Numbered from the stretch's first letter, positions 1-13,224 are shown. The stretch is 64,000 nucleotides of DNA from Camelus ferus (GCF_009834535.1 NC_045698.1:932001-996000); one strand, 5' to 3'. The notes: generated by a model not told the origin, from the letters alone. Made by a program: numbers and translations.

Positions 1-2774
1 CTGCATGCAGCTGGCGCGTAGGCTCCAGCTTAATCTTTTTATCTTAATCCTTTACGACTTTTTTAAAAAACCTCAGTAGTAAAGGAAGTTTCGTGTAACA
101 GGAGAGTCAGTGGAAAATAAGACCAGTGCGTGTGTCAGCACCTGACTGTGTTGCGGGTTCCCCTTTGCCTGTTGGCGCCGCCGTCTCCCCCCACGGCATC
201 GTGGGGTCGGATCTCAGTTGTCACCTCATTGAACGGTTGTTTGTCACTGCTGGGGACCCCGGGCCTTGCCTTGGCTGAGGTCCTTTCAGAGCCTCAGTGC
301 CAACTAGTTTCCTGACCACCAGACACGTAAGGGACGCCTGGATGTCAGCGCAGCTCAGGGGCGCGGGCGGAAGGAGGCAGAGCCGTCGGCAGTGTGCGTG
401 GAGGGGACGCAGCCCAGAGGGAAGGGGTGGGGGAGACCGTGGCAGGGCAGGGGTCACCCTGAAGGCTGCTGGCTGGGGCCAAGGGGTTACTCACTGGGGG
501 GCCAAGTTCAGGGGGGTCACGGTGGGAGAACAGAAGTGATGGCACTCGGGGCCCCGCGGTCTCCGGTGAGCCTCAGAGCATGGGCGGTGGGGGGCAGTAA
601 AGGCCCCCGAGTGCCTCCCTCACCCCCCCTGCCAGCCTCAGTGACGCCTGCAGCGTCCCAGGGCCCGTGCCTCCGTGTTCACTGTTCTTGCAGGGAGAAC
701 GGCTCTAACAAAAGTCCTCGGTTCCAGGAAACAAGGCCTCGTCCCTCCTCTCTGGGCCAGGCAAGCCCAGGGCCAGCCTCAGGGACCCCGACCTCCAGCC
801 CGTGTCTGTCCCCCAGACGCAGGCCTGCCACCTTGGCGTCCACGGGAGGGGCTGGCTGACGGCACGAGGGCAGGGAGCGCTCACCCACCAGCCACAGAGA
901 CGACAGCCGTCCCACCCAGGGCTCTGAGGAGCAACCACCCTCCAGCTCCAGGGGCCCCGCTTCCCTGGTCTTTCTGGAATGTTCTCGGGGATGAAGGGAG
1001 GAGGTGGGGGTGGGGCTGTCCCTTCCCCTGGTGAGGTCACAGCTCTGGGCGGTGGGCTGCCACACAACCTCCCCACCTCTGTGACGGCAAGGAGAAAAAT
1101 CCAAACGTGGCCCTGGCCGAGGGGCGTGGGGCTGAGGGGGGCCAGAGGTCACAGGGCAGGGCTCCCCCAGGGAGTGGCCCAGCCGTGCTGGGCTCTGTGC
1201 TCCCGGGTCCAGGCTGCGGGCCGGCGGTGGGGAGGGTCCCAGGTTTGGGGGCGCAGGGCCAGACCTTGGCCCCTCCCGTGCTCTGGGCTGTTGCTGCGGA
1301 CCTAAAGCATTTGCAAGTTTGCCGTTTCTTTTCCATCCTAAACAAACGCTCAGTCTTCCCTTATCTGCTATGTGGTTTTACACCTTTTTCTTAAAGGAAA
1401 CGCTGACAGTTGAGCAGGCTTCAGGCCTCATGACCTGTTTTCCAGTCCGCAGCCCGGAATGGCCACCTGCTCCCTGAATCCTTGGCTGCTCTGCTCGCGT
1501 GCCGCCATGCGGACTCTGCGGGGTGAGCTACGGGGGCCCCGGGAGACCCTGGATGGTTCCTCCTCCTGGGATGGGCCTCTCCAGGCCCCACAGGGGCCTG
1601 CCTGCCTCAGCCACTGGCTCTGGGGACGTCTCCCTGATGGCTTTGTCTCCACGGTCTGACGGAACTCACTGGAGTGACATGACTTGGGACAGGCTGGACA
1701 TGGCCGGGGGCCTGGGCTGGTGGGAGAGGTGCAGCACAGGGCGGCGAGCGCGTCCAGCCTCGGCTCAGTCAGGGGTCCCCAGCCATCCCCAGCTGGCCTG
1801 GCCAGAGGGCTCTTCCCTGGTGCCACGAGTCGGTCCAGAGGTGTCCCCAACACTGCTCGTTCATTTGGGGCGTGTTCTGAGCTGGGTGGCCTCACCACAG
1901 GTGGACACTCTGCCTCCACTGGCCAGACGTGCCACGGACGCCTATCCCAAGGAGACTGTCCCTGTTGGCAAACCCCGGGGAGCTGTGGCCACCCAGTGGC
2001 CCCACCAGCCGCATGTGAAGAGGCTGCTGGGGTATCCACGGAGGCCCCCGTCTCCTGGGACCCCAGGGCGGGGCTGTCCTCGAAGCCACCCCTCCCAGCG
2101 CCAGGACACCATCCACACCTCCAGGCCAGCCGGCACTCATCCTCCTCGTGTAGACCGGCCCCTGACCACTTGCATGGTGGCCTCACTGCCCACCCGGGGC
2201 CCCTCACTAGCCGCGTCTCATCTCTGCTCCAGAAAAACAGAAACCTGCCCGCAGGCGCCCTCACCTCGCTTTTGCCGCCGGGCGCCCTTTCTCAGCGGAA
2301 GCTCCTCCAGGCGAGCTGCGTCCTGTCAGAGTCAGAGCCAACCCGTGTGGCGGCGCACGGCCTCGCTCGTCACCTGGCAGGTCGGAGGGGCAGAGCACAG
2401 CCCTCCTGGCTCCCGGGTGCTGCCTGTCACTGGTCACTGAGGATGTGCGGGTGTCCTGAGGGCCAGCCCCCCGAGGACAGGGGTGTGCGATTATCTGGTC
2501 CCAGGGCTCTCGGGGGACGGTCCGGCACAGTCACAGTCTCTTGGAGGAACGAGTCTGGTGGGGCGAGGAGAGAGCCTGTGAGGCGGCGCAGGGGGAGAGT
2601 GGGCTGGATGCCGCTGGGTTGTACACTTAGCGTTAAAACGGCAGATCTTACATGACGTTTATTTTACCACAGTTTTAAAAGACACAAGTGAATACGTGGC
2701 TAAACGTGGAAAGTGTAACCTGAAAGGTGAAAACTGGAGACTGCCTTTTTTGACAGTCTTATTTTATTTAACGT

Positions 2775-3106
2775 ATGAACAATGTTTTGCTGAAGTACAG
2801 CTGGCTTGCAGTGCTGTGTGCCAGCAACGTGCTCAGTTACACACACGTGTGCTCTGTCACACCCCTCCTTACTCTGGGCCATTGCAAGACCCCGAAGGCC
2901 GTTCCCTCGCTGTGCGGCAGGCCGGGCTGTCGCTCAGTGTGTGTCTGTTCACCTCGGGCTCCTCCTTCACCCGTCCCCGACCTCCCCCTCTGGGGACCGC
3001 AAGTTCGTGTTCTGCGTGTGGGAGCCTGCCTCTGTTTCGTAGATGGGTTTGTTTGTGTTGCTTTTTTTAGCTTCTACATGTAAGTGTTGTCGTGTGTGTC
3101 TTTCTC
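2775..3106 (-). mobile_element. Artiodactyl/camelid-type L1 3' UTR fragment, strongly GC-drifted
   Basis: Antisense 3' terminus ttttgctgaagtacagctggcttgcagtgctgtg, and gggagcctgcctctgtttcgtagatgggtttgtttgtg...ctacatgtaagtg. Collinear with the reverse complement of the copy at 22633-22995. Confidence 0.75.
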
Positions 3107-6100
3107 TGGAGATTATCTTAACGACTTTGTGGTAGAGGAGAATTCCTTACTAAGTTCAGCAAAAGCACAAGCCAAAGAGAGACATTTAAACTACGTTGGA
3201 AAAGCCTCACCTTAAACCAGCTGAAAATAAAAGCCGCAACTGGGCAAAAAGATGGTTACGGTGAATGCGGTTAGAAGAACCAGCCGCCTCTGATAACATA
3301 AGGACTTCTATTTGGCTCTGAGAAAGCAGAGGGACCCGCACTGCGGGGAACGCGCACACAGGCAGTTCCCAGACGGGGACGCTCGTGGGGCGGGCAGGGT
3401 CAGAGAGACGCTCGCGCCTGCTGGTACCCAGGACATGCGCCCCTGCGCCCCAGCCCGAGGGCCCGCCGAGGCCGGAGCTGGAGGCCAGCCCGCTGTGGAG
3501 CGCGGGCTGAGCGCAGCCCATCGGGGAACCCGTGTGCAGACACCAGAAGTGAAGATGCACACGCCTGTGACCCAGGAGCTCGCTCCTTGGAGCACACCCC
3601 GGAGAAACCCCACAGAGGAGGAGGATGTGTGTCTTGGAGTTGTGAGAAGCTGGGTGTCCGTCAAGGAGGGAAGTGGTAGGTGAAGACAGCAGAGTTGTGG
3701 GTGGAGCAGGCGGACTGACAGCCCCAGGCTAGGCGCAGCCCCAGGTCCCGGAGGTCGCGTAGGTCGCGTGAGAGCCTCAGGAGCATGGGAGCAACGGAGA
3801 CCAAAGAAGAGGGCGTGGAGCGTGAGGGGGAAGCTGAGGCAGCCCTTTGCGTGGAGCCTCGGGGTCTTTCTGAGACGTGGAGCAGATTTTGGCAAGTAGA
3901 CACGGACAGCGATGAAACATGGTTTGGAAAGTTGAAGCAACGGTGAATGAACCTAGCGTGGCTGTGTGGGGACAAAGGCAGTGGTGGGGGACCAGCACGG
4001 CGGGGGGACCACGGGGTCCCACGGTGGCAGCTGAGTGCTGTGTAGAAAAGCAGGCAGACTGGCTCCGCAGCCAGAGGAGGGGGTGCGGTGCTGAGAGCCC
4101 CTACAGGTGCCGAGTTATGAATGTAAATTGCATGTATTGAGCTTAAATTGGATGATGAATCCGTGGCTTTTGATACGTTTAGTTTGAATCTTAGTTTTTG
4201 GATTTTATTTTTACGTTTGAGAGGAAGAGTGTCGTCCTAACAAGGAACTGACGGCTAACAGCATTTACATGAGTCTACTTTTCAACGCAGCTCAGCGGCC
4301 AAGCCCTTTCACTTTCAGAATAAAATTAAAGAGAACTCACATGTCGTTTGTCCTGAGTGCTTCTGGTGGCGTCAGCGCCTCTGTGGGTGACGGCCTTTCA
4401 CGGGGCTTGGAGTGACAGCTGGGGGATTATCTCAGGCCGACACTTGGCACAGACGGCTCTCAGCCCACTGTGCTTTTGAAGGGGAGGATTTGATCTCAAT
4501 TATTCCATTCAGCTTTGTTGAAGGAGAGTAAGAAAAAGCGTTTACCCCAGCTTCAGTTCTACAGGATTTTTATTTTGAATCGAATTGCAGTGGCCCTGGC
4601 AGGCAGTGAGCTTTCTGCACGGACCGACATTTTGGCGACTTGGGAGAAAAAAAGAAACCCCATTGACACCAGCCAGAGTTTCAGGAACAGCCGGCCCACT
4701 TTCCCGCCGTGGCTGTGCTGTGATGTTGACCCAGCACGACACACAGATCCCTCTGTCCCCCGCTGGACGCTGGCCAGGCGGCCTCAGTCTATGGGGCAAG
4801 ATCGCTCAGCGTGTGAAGCCAGCTCAGCCCTGGAAACTCAGCCCAACAGCAACCCTCTGTTCCCCTCCTGACAGGCTTTGAACAGGCAGGGTCCCGCCCC
4901 TGCCACGGATGCGGCGATGGACTCGCAGATGGACCCGGAGAGGAAGCGCTGTAGCCGGGTCAGCAGCTGGAGGACGGGGCAGAGGGCGCCCGACTCTGGT
5001 CCAGTGGGTGAGCCCCGTCCTGTGGATTCCCCAGAGGTGCCAGCAGCTGTGGGGCCTCACGGCCTCCTTTCCCTCCCCTTCCCGAGGAGCGCTGACCTGC
5101 GTGCGCTTCTGGGGAGTGGGCGCTGGCGTGAGCCAGCCCTCTTCAGACCCCACAGACTCAGAGCCAGGAGCCTGGTTTTGGGAAGACCTCCTTTGTGCCT
5201 ACTTTGCCGGAATTGTTGTCGTAGTCAGTTCTCTCTCTGTCTCTTTTTTTTGGCCTTTGACACCTGAGCTGTTTGGATGGTGCCTGGAAGGCAGGGGGAG
5301 GGGCTCCCCGACACCAGAGGGGAAACCACAACCAGTCATGCTCCCTGGGGGGCCTGGAGGGCCCCAGACACAGCCAAAGGGGCCGCTCTGGTCACCACTC
5401 TTCACCTGACACGGGGAGGGGTACAGATGCCCTCAGCTCCCCAGCCCCACCCGACGGGGAGACTGCTGGAGGTCGTCGGTCACAGGCGCCCGCAGGCCAC
5501 CAGGGCCAAGCCAGCGGAACTGAGGCGCGCCGGGCTGAGGCCCAGGTGGGCTGCGGCTGGTTCGAGGGCGGGGCCTTGCTGTCTCAGGCCTTAGGACAGG
5601 GGGCCTTGCCGGCCGCCGTGTGACTGTTCTTGGCTGTCCTGACGTTCTGATCCGGGACCCACGCACAGCTCCTAGGAGGCGACGGTGCCGCTTTGCGGGG
5701 CAGAAGCTGCTGGGCTGGCCCGTCTTCAGGAAGCAGCGGAGCAGAAAGAGCAGAGGGAGCGCTTCCTGTGGCTCTTCCAGGGGCCCCGGCCCGGTCCCCA
5801 GAGCGACGCCTGGCCTGGCCCCACGGGGTGGAACTGGCAGCTGGCGGTCAGCCAGGGGCCGGGTGGAGCTGAGCGCTCCGTCCCTCCAGGCAGACCCTGC
5901 AGTCCCAGTGGGCTCCCCGTGGGGTCTCCCCCCCAACTCCTCCCCTCTCTCCGCCGAAGTGTCGGGGGTGTCACTTGTGCACTTTCCCGCCTCTCTGAGG
6001 CCCAGGGGGCGCAGAGACATCAGGTGGGCGATCTGGAAGCTGTCGGGGTGTGTTTTGAGCTTAGCCACGCGGGGGAGGGGGAAGGATGGGAGATTCTGGA

Positions 6101-6585
6101 GGTGAGTGAGGCAGGGCCCACGCGCCCAACAGACATTCTGCAGGCTGAGCCGCACATGAGGCAGGGCAGGGGCAGGAGGTGGGCCAGGGCCTGGTCACCG
6201 CGTGTCCTTGGTCGAGGCTGGGTGCCCTTCCTCTGTGGAGTGACCAGACTGGTCCCCCCGCCCCGATGCCTTTGTGTATTTGAACTGTAGTTTGCAAGGC
6301 TGAACACATGCCCATCCAAGGCTCACCCTGAGGGCAGCACCCAGCGCCCGGTCAGACGCCCGCGAGGCTCAGGCCGCCGTGGCTGCGACTGACCCCGGGT
6401 GACCGCTGCCCTCTGACCGCAAGGCCGCGGCGCCGCCATGGGTGCAGTTTTCTCCGGGACGTAGCGTGTGAGGCTTCAGTTTTAGGACAGATTAATTTGG
6501 AAACTGCCTTTTCTGCTAAAACAAGGGTTCTCCAACCTCGCGCAAGGGTTCTCCGACTAATGAGTCCTTAGTTCTAAAGTGTCTT

Positions 6586-6662
6586 GGGGGCACCCGGACT
6601 GAGCCCAGGACCTCGTGCACGCTACGCGGGCGCCCCACCCCGAGCTCTACCCCCAACCCCAC
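6586..6662 (-). mobile_element. Degenerate tRNA-derived SINE (vic-1-like)
   Basis: gactgagcccaggacctcgtgcacgctacgcgggcgccccaccccgagctctacccc aligns to the better-preserved copies (gattgaacccaggacct...gctaagc...ctaccactgagcta). Confidence 0.65.
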
Positions 6663-8121
6663 CCCACGTTTCTTTTTTTGACTGAGCGCTGCTTTTACGT
6701 GTCTGTGTCTGGACGGCCAGGCCGCCCCGCTGTGCGCAGGAAGCGTGCTGCTGCCTCTGCTTGCCTTTTGAACAGTATCTGATGGCTTCGATTACACACT
6801 GAGGGAGGGGGCGGAGGAGTGGTGTCTCGGGACCCCAGCCGTGTGGCTGCCCAGCTCACCCAGGAGCCGGCCAGCGTGGCCGGGGGCCTGTCTCCAGCTG
6901 GGCCGGGGGTGTGTCCCAACCCTCGACCGACTGCTGCTGGGAGGGACGGAGGGTCACCACGACTGGTCCCCCCACCCCTGCTGCCCCCCTGACTCTTGCA
7001 GAGCCTTGTCCACTTTTGGGCTCCGCGTCCCCCTCCGGAGCCGCAGAGGGTGTTTCGTGCTGTGCTAATATTTGCTGAGCGCTGGGATCTGAGGTTCCTT
7101 CCCAGAAAGGCTCTCAGGTGTTTCCTGCAAAAGGATGTGTTGGGCCCCACCTCCCACTCCCCTCCCTCTGCAAACAGTGCCAGGCTCCGGTTGTCCACGG
7201 AATTCCACCTGCTCCAGGTGACGCCCCAGCCCTTCCTGTCATTCTTCTCGCAGTTGACAGTTTGTGGTTCTGCTTGTGGGGAACACAGGGCTGGCCCGGG
7301 CTTTCCAGGAGCAGGAGGCAGGCGGGAGCTGCGCATCGGGACCCGCGGGGTCTGAGCTGCAGCGGGACGGCCGGGTCAGCGAGTCAACCTGCTGTTCGCG
7401 AGGCTGCGTGAATCGGTGACCTGGCCTGTGCTTTTCTCAATGGAATGAAGTTATCTGGGGGTCCCGTCCTGTCCTGCAAGGATGCGGTCAAGTCTGGGTG
7501 ATTTAGGACCGTGAGGAATCCACACGGAGGGGAGGGGGCTGGGCCTGGGCCATCATTTTCCTTCCAGATCTTAGCATAGGTGTGGCCGTCTCATCGGGCT
7601 CCCCCACCTGCATGTCTTCCCAGCCGCTTGGACCAAGCTCCAGCGTGTAACCTGCTTTCCCACGGGCTCCCCCACATCAACTCCAGGACACGGAAGCACC
7701 TTCCGAGCTCAGACTGCGACCTGGGGAGGGGGCGGCTCGAGGAAGGCTGCCCCAAGGGAGAAATCTCCACAGGCAGTGAGGCTGGAGGAGTGAGGATGTC
7801 CTCAGAAGGGGGGACAGAAGTGAGGGGTGGACTTGGGGATGGACTCGGGGATGGAAGCCAAGGGGAGGGAACGTGTGGGAGCTGGCCCAGCACCTGGCCT
7901 GCAAGGGTGGGAGCTCAACGCAGGGAAGGGACCCGAAGTCCTGCGAACACATGCAACCCTCAGAATTACACTTCTGCCCACCATTTATGATACTGAAAAA
8001 TCTTAGGAAGATATTCTATGCAAATGACAGGACACAGACAGCGTGCCCCCAGCCCCGAGAGTCTGAACACGGAAACGTCTGGGAAGGCCGGGCCGTGGTT
8101 TACCTTTCTCCCTGTTGCTTC

Positions 8122-8559
8122 TGTCAATGGTAAATTAACTCGTCAATCGAAGAAAAATGAAAATTTTATTCAAGCCAAACTGAGGATTATAAATGAGGAA
8201 CACCAAAGCAGAAAGCTCGGAGAGCTGTTCCCCCATTAGCGGTCAAAGCACAGTTACACAGGTTTTTTGAGACGGAGGACTGGGCTTTAAACAACGTTTT
8301 TATTACCGACAGTTTACACAACCCACATCTGTGTCATCGTAGCCCCTTCCAAGAGCAAGACGGAATGCTGTCTTTTGAGGGGCTGTCTTGCTGATGCCAG
8401 GAGAACGTTGCCCTTTCTGGATGAGCAGGTGTTTCTGCTGTTGGGGACGCCTGGCTCATGCCTCGTGCAGCAGTGGGGAGAGGAGGCCGAAGGGCAGAGG
8501 ACATTGTTTAATGTCTAAATTTTTTGGGCCTTGCCATAAAACGTGACTTTTCCTTCACA
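8122..8559 (-). mobile_element. Solo ERV1-like LTR, copy 1
   Basis: TG...CA termini; 4-bp TSD CTTC at 8118-8121 and 8560-8563; minus-strand AATAAA (ttttatt on +) about 40 bp from the 3' end; homologous to 9819-10244 and 24935-25358. Confidence 0.8.
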
Positions 8560-9269
8560 CTTCTCTGCCTCTTCGATTCTATTGCGTCAGCGTAAGTTGC
8601 TTTCATAAGTTGAAAAGGGTTGATCGTTGTGGGGCCTGGGTTCAGAGGTAAAGCTCTGTCTGGATATTTGTCTGACTCTGACCTGCTACTGGCGGGCGAC
8701 TGCCCTAGATAGCCGGGCGAGAGGGCCGGGGTCACTGTCTGCACACGGGGGACCTGCTGTGTGGAGGTGCCCTCTCAAACCGCAGCCTATGGAAGGACCC
8801 TCTGGGCCACGAATCTCTCCGTCTGTGGGCTCTTCAGCTCCCGGCTTGTCTGACGGGACGGTTTCCCTGGGTCCTAGGCATCTATCTGAGGCTTCTTCCC
8901 TCCTGCTTCAGGCACCAGGCTTGACCTGCAGGTCCCAGCGCAGCGTCCAGGACACAGGTCCACAAGGACACCTGCGTCCACGGCTGGAGCGCACAGCCCC
9001 TGCTGTCCACCTGGGGGCCGGACAAATGGCCAGGATTGCCCTGAGTGACCCCGGCCGCATCGGAGCATTGAGCTGGGTCTCCCCCCATGGAGACCAGTGC
9101 CCTGGCCAAGAGGTGGACACCTTCTCCCAGGCGCCCTCCCGACTCTCCCATCCATCCAGGCCCCTTGGAGCAGGGGAAGCACTGAGCTCAGACTCCAGCT
9201 GTCACCTCCCTCCCTCCTTGGGAGGCGGGACCCCTGGGAGTGAGTCTAAGCATTTCAGTTCTTTGTCCA

Positions 9270-9297
9270 GGGTCACAAGTCACAGGTCACGGGTCAC
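9270..9297 (+). promoter_or_regulatory. Tandem DR1 nuclear-receptor element (four RGGTCA-like half-sites)
   Basis: GGGTCA c AAGTCA c AGGTCA c GGGTCA c: four half-sites with 1-bp spacers. Confidence 0.45.
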
Positions 9298-9818
9298 AGG
9301 GAATGTCATCACACCTACTCTGTCCCTGGGGCACTGACTCAGTCTTGTTCCCAACGCCCAGGGGGGCAGGTCTGAGGACCCAGCCGGTTCTCTGCCCTCC
9401 GGCTTTCTGGAAAGCCCCTGCTTCCTGGGGGTGGGGCTTCCCTCGGCCACTTCTGCTCCAACGGAACAGGGAAGTGGAGGTGGGCTGCCCAGAGCAGACC
9501 CAGCTCCTCCCCCTGCCTCTGCCAAGCCAGGCGCGGCCGAGCGGTGACCCCTCTGTGCTCAAAGCCTGCCCGCGGGCCACCCCTCAAAGCTCAGGTCGAC
9601 AGTTCTACTGCCCCAGAAGGTGAATAGGAAATTGAAATTCTGTTCATCAAGGTCTGGAGAAGTGACTTCTGAGGCAAGACTGATTTTTCTGAAAGGCTAC
9701 AGTTTGGAAAACTCTGGTACACCTGACCGTGTGAGCATTTTCGATTACAGCCTTTCACGTCTGCATGCGATACACCAGTGGGTGCCGCACTTTCACTGGC
9801 ATTTTAAGTGGGACTTTA

Positions 9819-10244
9819 TGTGAAATAACATTCATGTTTTATAGCAAGATGATAAAAATTTAAACATGAAAACTTTTCTCTGCCCTTCGGCCCCCCCTCC
9901 CCACCGCGCGGGTCTGCGTCTGTACGGGGCCACGCGGCAGAAGCGCCGGCTCAGCCGCAGAGCGAGTCTCCCGGCGTCAGCAAGGCGGCTCCTGGAAGGC
10001 AGCGCTGCGTCCTGACCCCGTGAGGGGCCACGATGGCGCTCAGCGCTGGTTTGTGTGAACCGTCAGAAACGCGTCATTTAACGCACAGCCCTGCGTCTCA
10101 AAAAACCTGTGTAACTGCTTTGACTGCTACCAGGGGGAACGCGTCTCTGCTTTCTGAGATGCCATCTTGGCTTATAATCCTCAGTTTGGCTCAAATAAAA
10201 TTTTCCATTTCTTTCTTAGACGGACTGGTTAATTTCTGTCACCA
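9819..10244 (+). mobile_element. Solo ERV1-like LTR, copy 2
   Basis: Starts tgtgaaataacattc...aaaatttaaacatgaaaacttttctctgccc and ends ttataatcctcagtttggctcaaataaaattttcc...gtcacca, matching the reverse complements of copies 1 and 3. No clean TSD. Confidence 0.75.
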
Positions 10245-11324
10245 TGTGTAAGGTCATAATAATAACAGCAATGCCACAACAGACAGTGCCACGTCTGCAA
10301 GGCGCCACGCAGATCGCCCTGCCGGGCCCCGGCAGGCAGTGCCAGGTGGGGAGTGCCACCTGCCCACAGGTGAGGGAGGCTGACTCGCAGGAGAGGCCCT
10401 CACAAGGGCTGGGAACTCAGCTGGAGCCGGCGTGAAGGGGCACAGCCTTGTGCCCAGCGGTGGCTGTGGCCAGCCGGTCCCCTGGTCTTCTGCTTTGTTT
10501 CTTTCAGAAACACTCCTTGAGCCAACTTTCCCCATAAGGTGAATCATAAAATCAAAGTGGGGCTTGGACTGTCTAAGCCTTCGAAGAAGCACCCAAGAGG
10601 AGGACAGAAAGTGGCAAGTTTGACCTTAATTCCCCTAAAATACACAGATGGCAAAGATAAGATATTGAGACAATCTCTAGCGAGTTAAGGTTAAACATGT
10701 GGTGGAAGAATGAAGATTCTCCAGAAAGCAGTCATGCCTGGAACCGACCTCAGAAGGCCTGTCGCCTTCCTTCAGGAAGGAAGGGGTCTCCTCAGCAGGC
10801 GGGACAGCCCTGCCGCAGCAGGTGTCCCCAGCGTAGCCCTGTTCAGGCCTCCCTGTGTTTCCCTCTGGATTTTGCTGCAGTGGCGGTGTCACTCTGCAGG
10901 TGGATTGCAGGCACGGCTTTCCCCAGCAGTCACAGGCCGGACGTGTCTCCACTCTGCTGCCCACCCGGGTGAGGCGGGGCAGTGTGTGGACTCATGGCAC
11001 CGTCACCACCTGTCTTTGGGACAGCTGGTAACACACTGTCTGCCCGGCTCCACATCCCCGGTCTCTCGCTGGCAGGGCCATGCTCGCCAGAGTGAGATTT
11101 TTATCTTCAAAAGGCCCCTTGGGGTTCACAGTCAGGTGGCAACTACATAATGCCAGCGGGACACGAGGTGCTGGGCTGGCTCCCACAGGCGCGCTTCTGC
11201 CTGCCACACGGCTCCTGGAAGGTGTCTGCTCCAGGTCCTGCCCGGTGGCCCACTGCTCACCTTTGTCCCCCATCCCAGGTGCAGGATGGTCCAGCCGGAG
11301 AGAGGGATAAAGACCAGGCTGCTG

Positions 11325-11883
11325 CAGCCGGTCCTTGTCGACCTGGTTCTGTGCTTCTGAATCCACTCACTCGCTGAAGACTGTCTGTGACTCTGGTCGT
11401 CAGGGGACGAGCCAGTGTGGTCCTGCCACATGTGGTCCCCGCCGAGGTCTGAGCAGGGACACTGCCTTCTTGTCTCAGCTCCACTCTGACACGTGGTGGC
11501 CTTCTTGAGGTCTGGAAGAGCCACACCTTTTTGCATTTTTGTGCTTTTTGGGTGATTTCGCTGCTTAAAATGCCCCCGAGCCCGGTGTGGAAGGGCTGCC
11601 TTGCGCCTGAAGCTGAGGGAGGAGGGTCTGTGCCTTCGTTGGGCCTGAGTTCTGTGCTTTGGCTGACGGTTCCATGTCGTGGCACCAACAGCACACATTC
11701 AGTAGGGTGTCCCTCAGCAGACACACACGTAGCACGTGGCTAGGTGTTGATCGGTTGAGGGAAAAGTAACCAGGGGCCCCCGGGAAGCCAGCCCCAGGTC
11801 CACCAGGAGCAGAGGCTCAGGTCTCGCTAACTCAGGGTTTGGGCATCTCTGTAGACAGAGCTCCCCGTGTTGAGAATCAGCTG
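11325..11883 (-). mobile_element. MER82-like (TcMar-Tigger) non-autonomous DNA transposon
   Basis: Degenerate TIRs cagccggtcctt ... gagaatcagctg; internal ttttgcatttttgtgctttttgggtgatttcgctgcttaaaatgccccc matches the recalled MER82 consensus in reverse. Confidence 0.8.
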
Positions 11884-12527
11884 TGCTTTACTGTGATCTG
11901 TAAAAATGGAACAATGTTTCCTTCAACAGTAGAACCACCGGGCGGTGAAGTTGAGTATTGGTTTCTGAAGAAGAGAAAACACAGGTCTTACGTAGCTGGC
12001 TGCTCCAGGGTCTGAGCTTTCTCCGCGAAGTGTCAGAGCCCCTGATGTTGCCAGCAGGCCACCCCCACAGGGACCTGGCTCAGAGCCATCTGCACTCCCC
12101 AAACTCTGCTTTTCCAGGACACGTTCACGGCTGTTCTTCCTGACAGCCCAGGGAAGTGGGTCATCTGATTCTGACCAACACACTCAGCATTGCCAAACCA
12201 GGGAGGGAGATGGTGGGATGGCAGATGGTGGTCCATGCTGGAGAAGCCTGGCCCTGCCCGGGTAGGGAGGGGCCAACAGGAGCCCGGAAGTAGAGGTCCC
12301 CAAATCAGTCCCCCCGGAAGCCCCACATCAGGTTGGAGCTGGAGGGGAGGCACCGTGCAACAGAGGAAGCTGGCCCTGGGGCCGTCTGGGGCCTCGGACT
12401 CTCGGGGTGGGTCCATCCCCGCAGGGTTCCGCAGTGGCCCCTGGAGGCACCTCCAGCCTCTTCTCCTGCCCGCCCGACAGCATTTCTCCAGACAGAAGCC
12501 AGAACTACTTGTGACAATGCCACTCAG

Positions 12528-12700
12528 TGTGATGGTCAGTTTTATGGGTCAGCCTAACTGGATCACAGAGTGGCCAGATATGTGACCAAACATGGTTCTG
12601 GGCATGTCTGGGTGAGATTAGCCTTTGGTTCCTTGGACTCCGTAAAGCATCCTCCGTAAAGGATCGGTGTGGTGGGCCTCTTCTAATCAGCTGACGGCTG
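12528..12700 (+). mobile_element. MLT2 (ERVL) LTR 5' fragment
   Basis: tgtgatggtcagttttatgggtcagcctaactgg...ccagatatgtgaccaaacatggttctgggcatgtctgg is a typical MLT2 start; homologous to 25752 onward. Confidence 0.7.
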
Positions 12701-12954
12701 CGCCTGGCACACCCACCTGGCACAGGGCCACTTTCTTCCTGTCTTTCTTGCCGACCAAGATGTTTATTCTGGGATGGCAGGGACACGGTCTGTATGGAGA
12801 ATAGTGCCCGGCTCGGAGTAAGAGAGGCCACATTTGCTGAATGAGTTTATAGGAGGCAATGAATGAGGCAGACGTGCCAGCTGTGTGTGACTGATAATTG
12901 TTATGAGGGACACTAAAGCTTTACGCTGGGACATGGCTGGGGACCTGCGTTTTT

Positions 12955-13105
12955 TAAATTTTATTAAAAATTTTGGGTTTTTTGGGAGGGAATTAGGGTA
13001 TTTCATTTATTTATTTGTTTATTTTAATGGAGGTGGTGGGGATTGGACCCTGGACCTCGTGCCTGCTAAGCACACATTTTACCACTGAGCTACATCCTCC
13101 TCCTC
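12955..13105 (-). mobile_element. tRNA-derived SINE (vic-1-like) with AT-rich tail
   Basis: ggggattggaccctggacctcgtgcctgctaagcacacattttaccactgagctaca (antisense B and A boxes); approximate TSD gggacctg(c)gtttt at about 12940 and 13106. Confidence 0.85.
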
Positions 13106-13224
13106 GGGACCTGGTTTTAACAATTGAAGAGTCTGAATTAGAGATTCTCTTTAAAGAAACACAGGCTGATTTCAACACATTAAAGAACAAATGGCAAAAG
13201 AAATCAGTAACTATGTGCCTCCAG

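Noticed and set aside
1428..2655. Three overlapping ORFs of 278-323 aa
   Set aside because: Open on both strands with composition dictated by GC content; no homology recognised.
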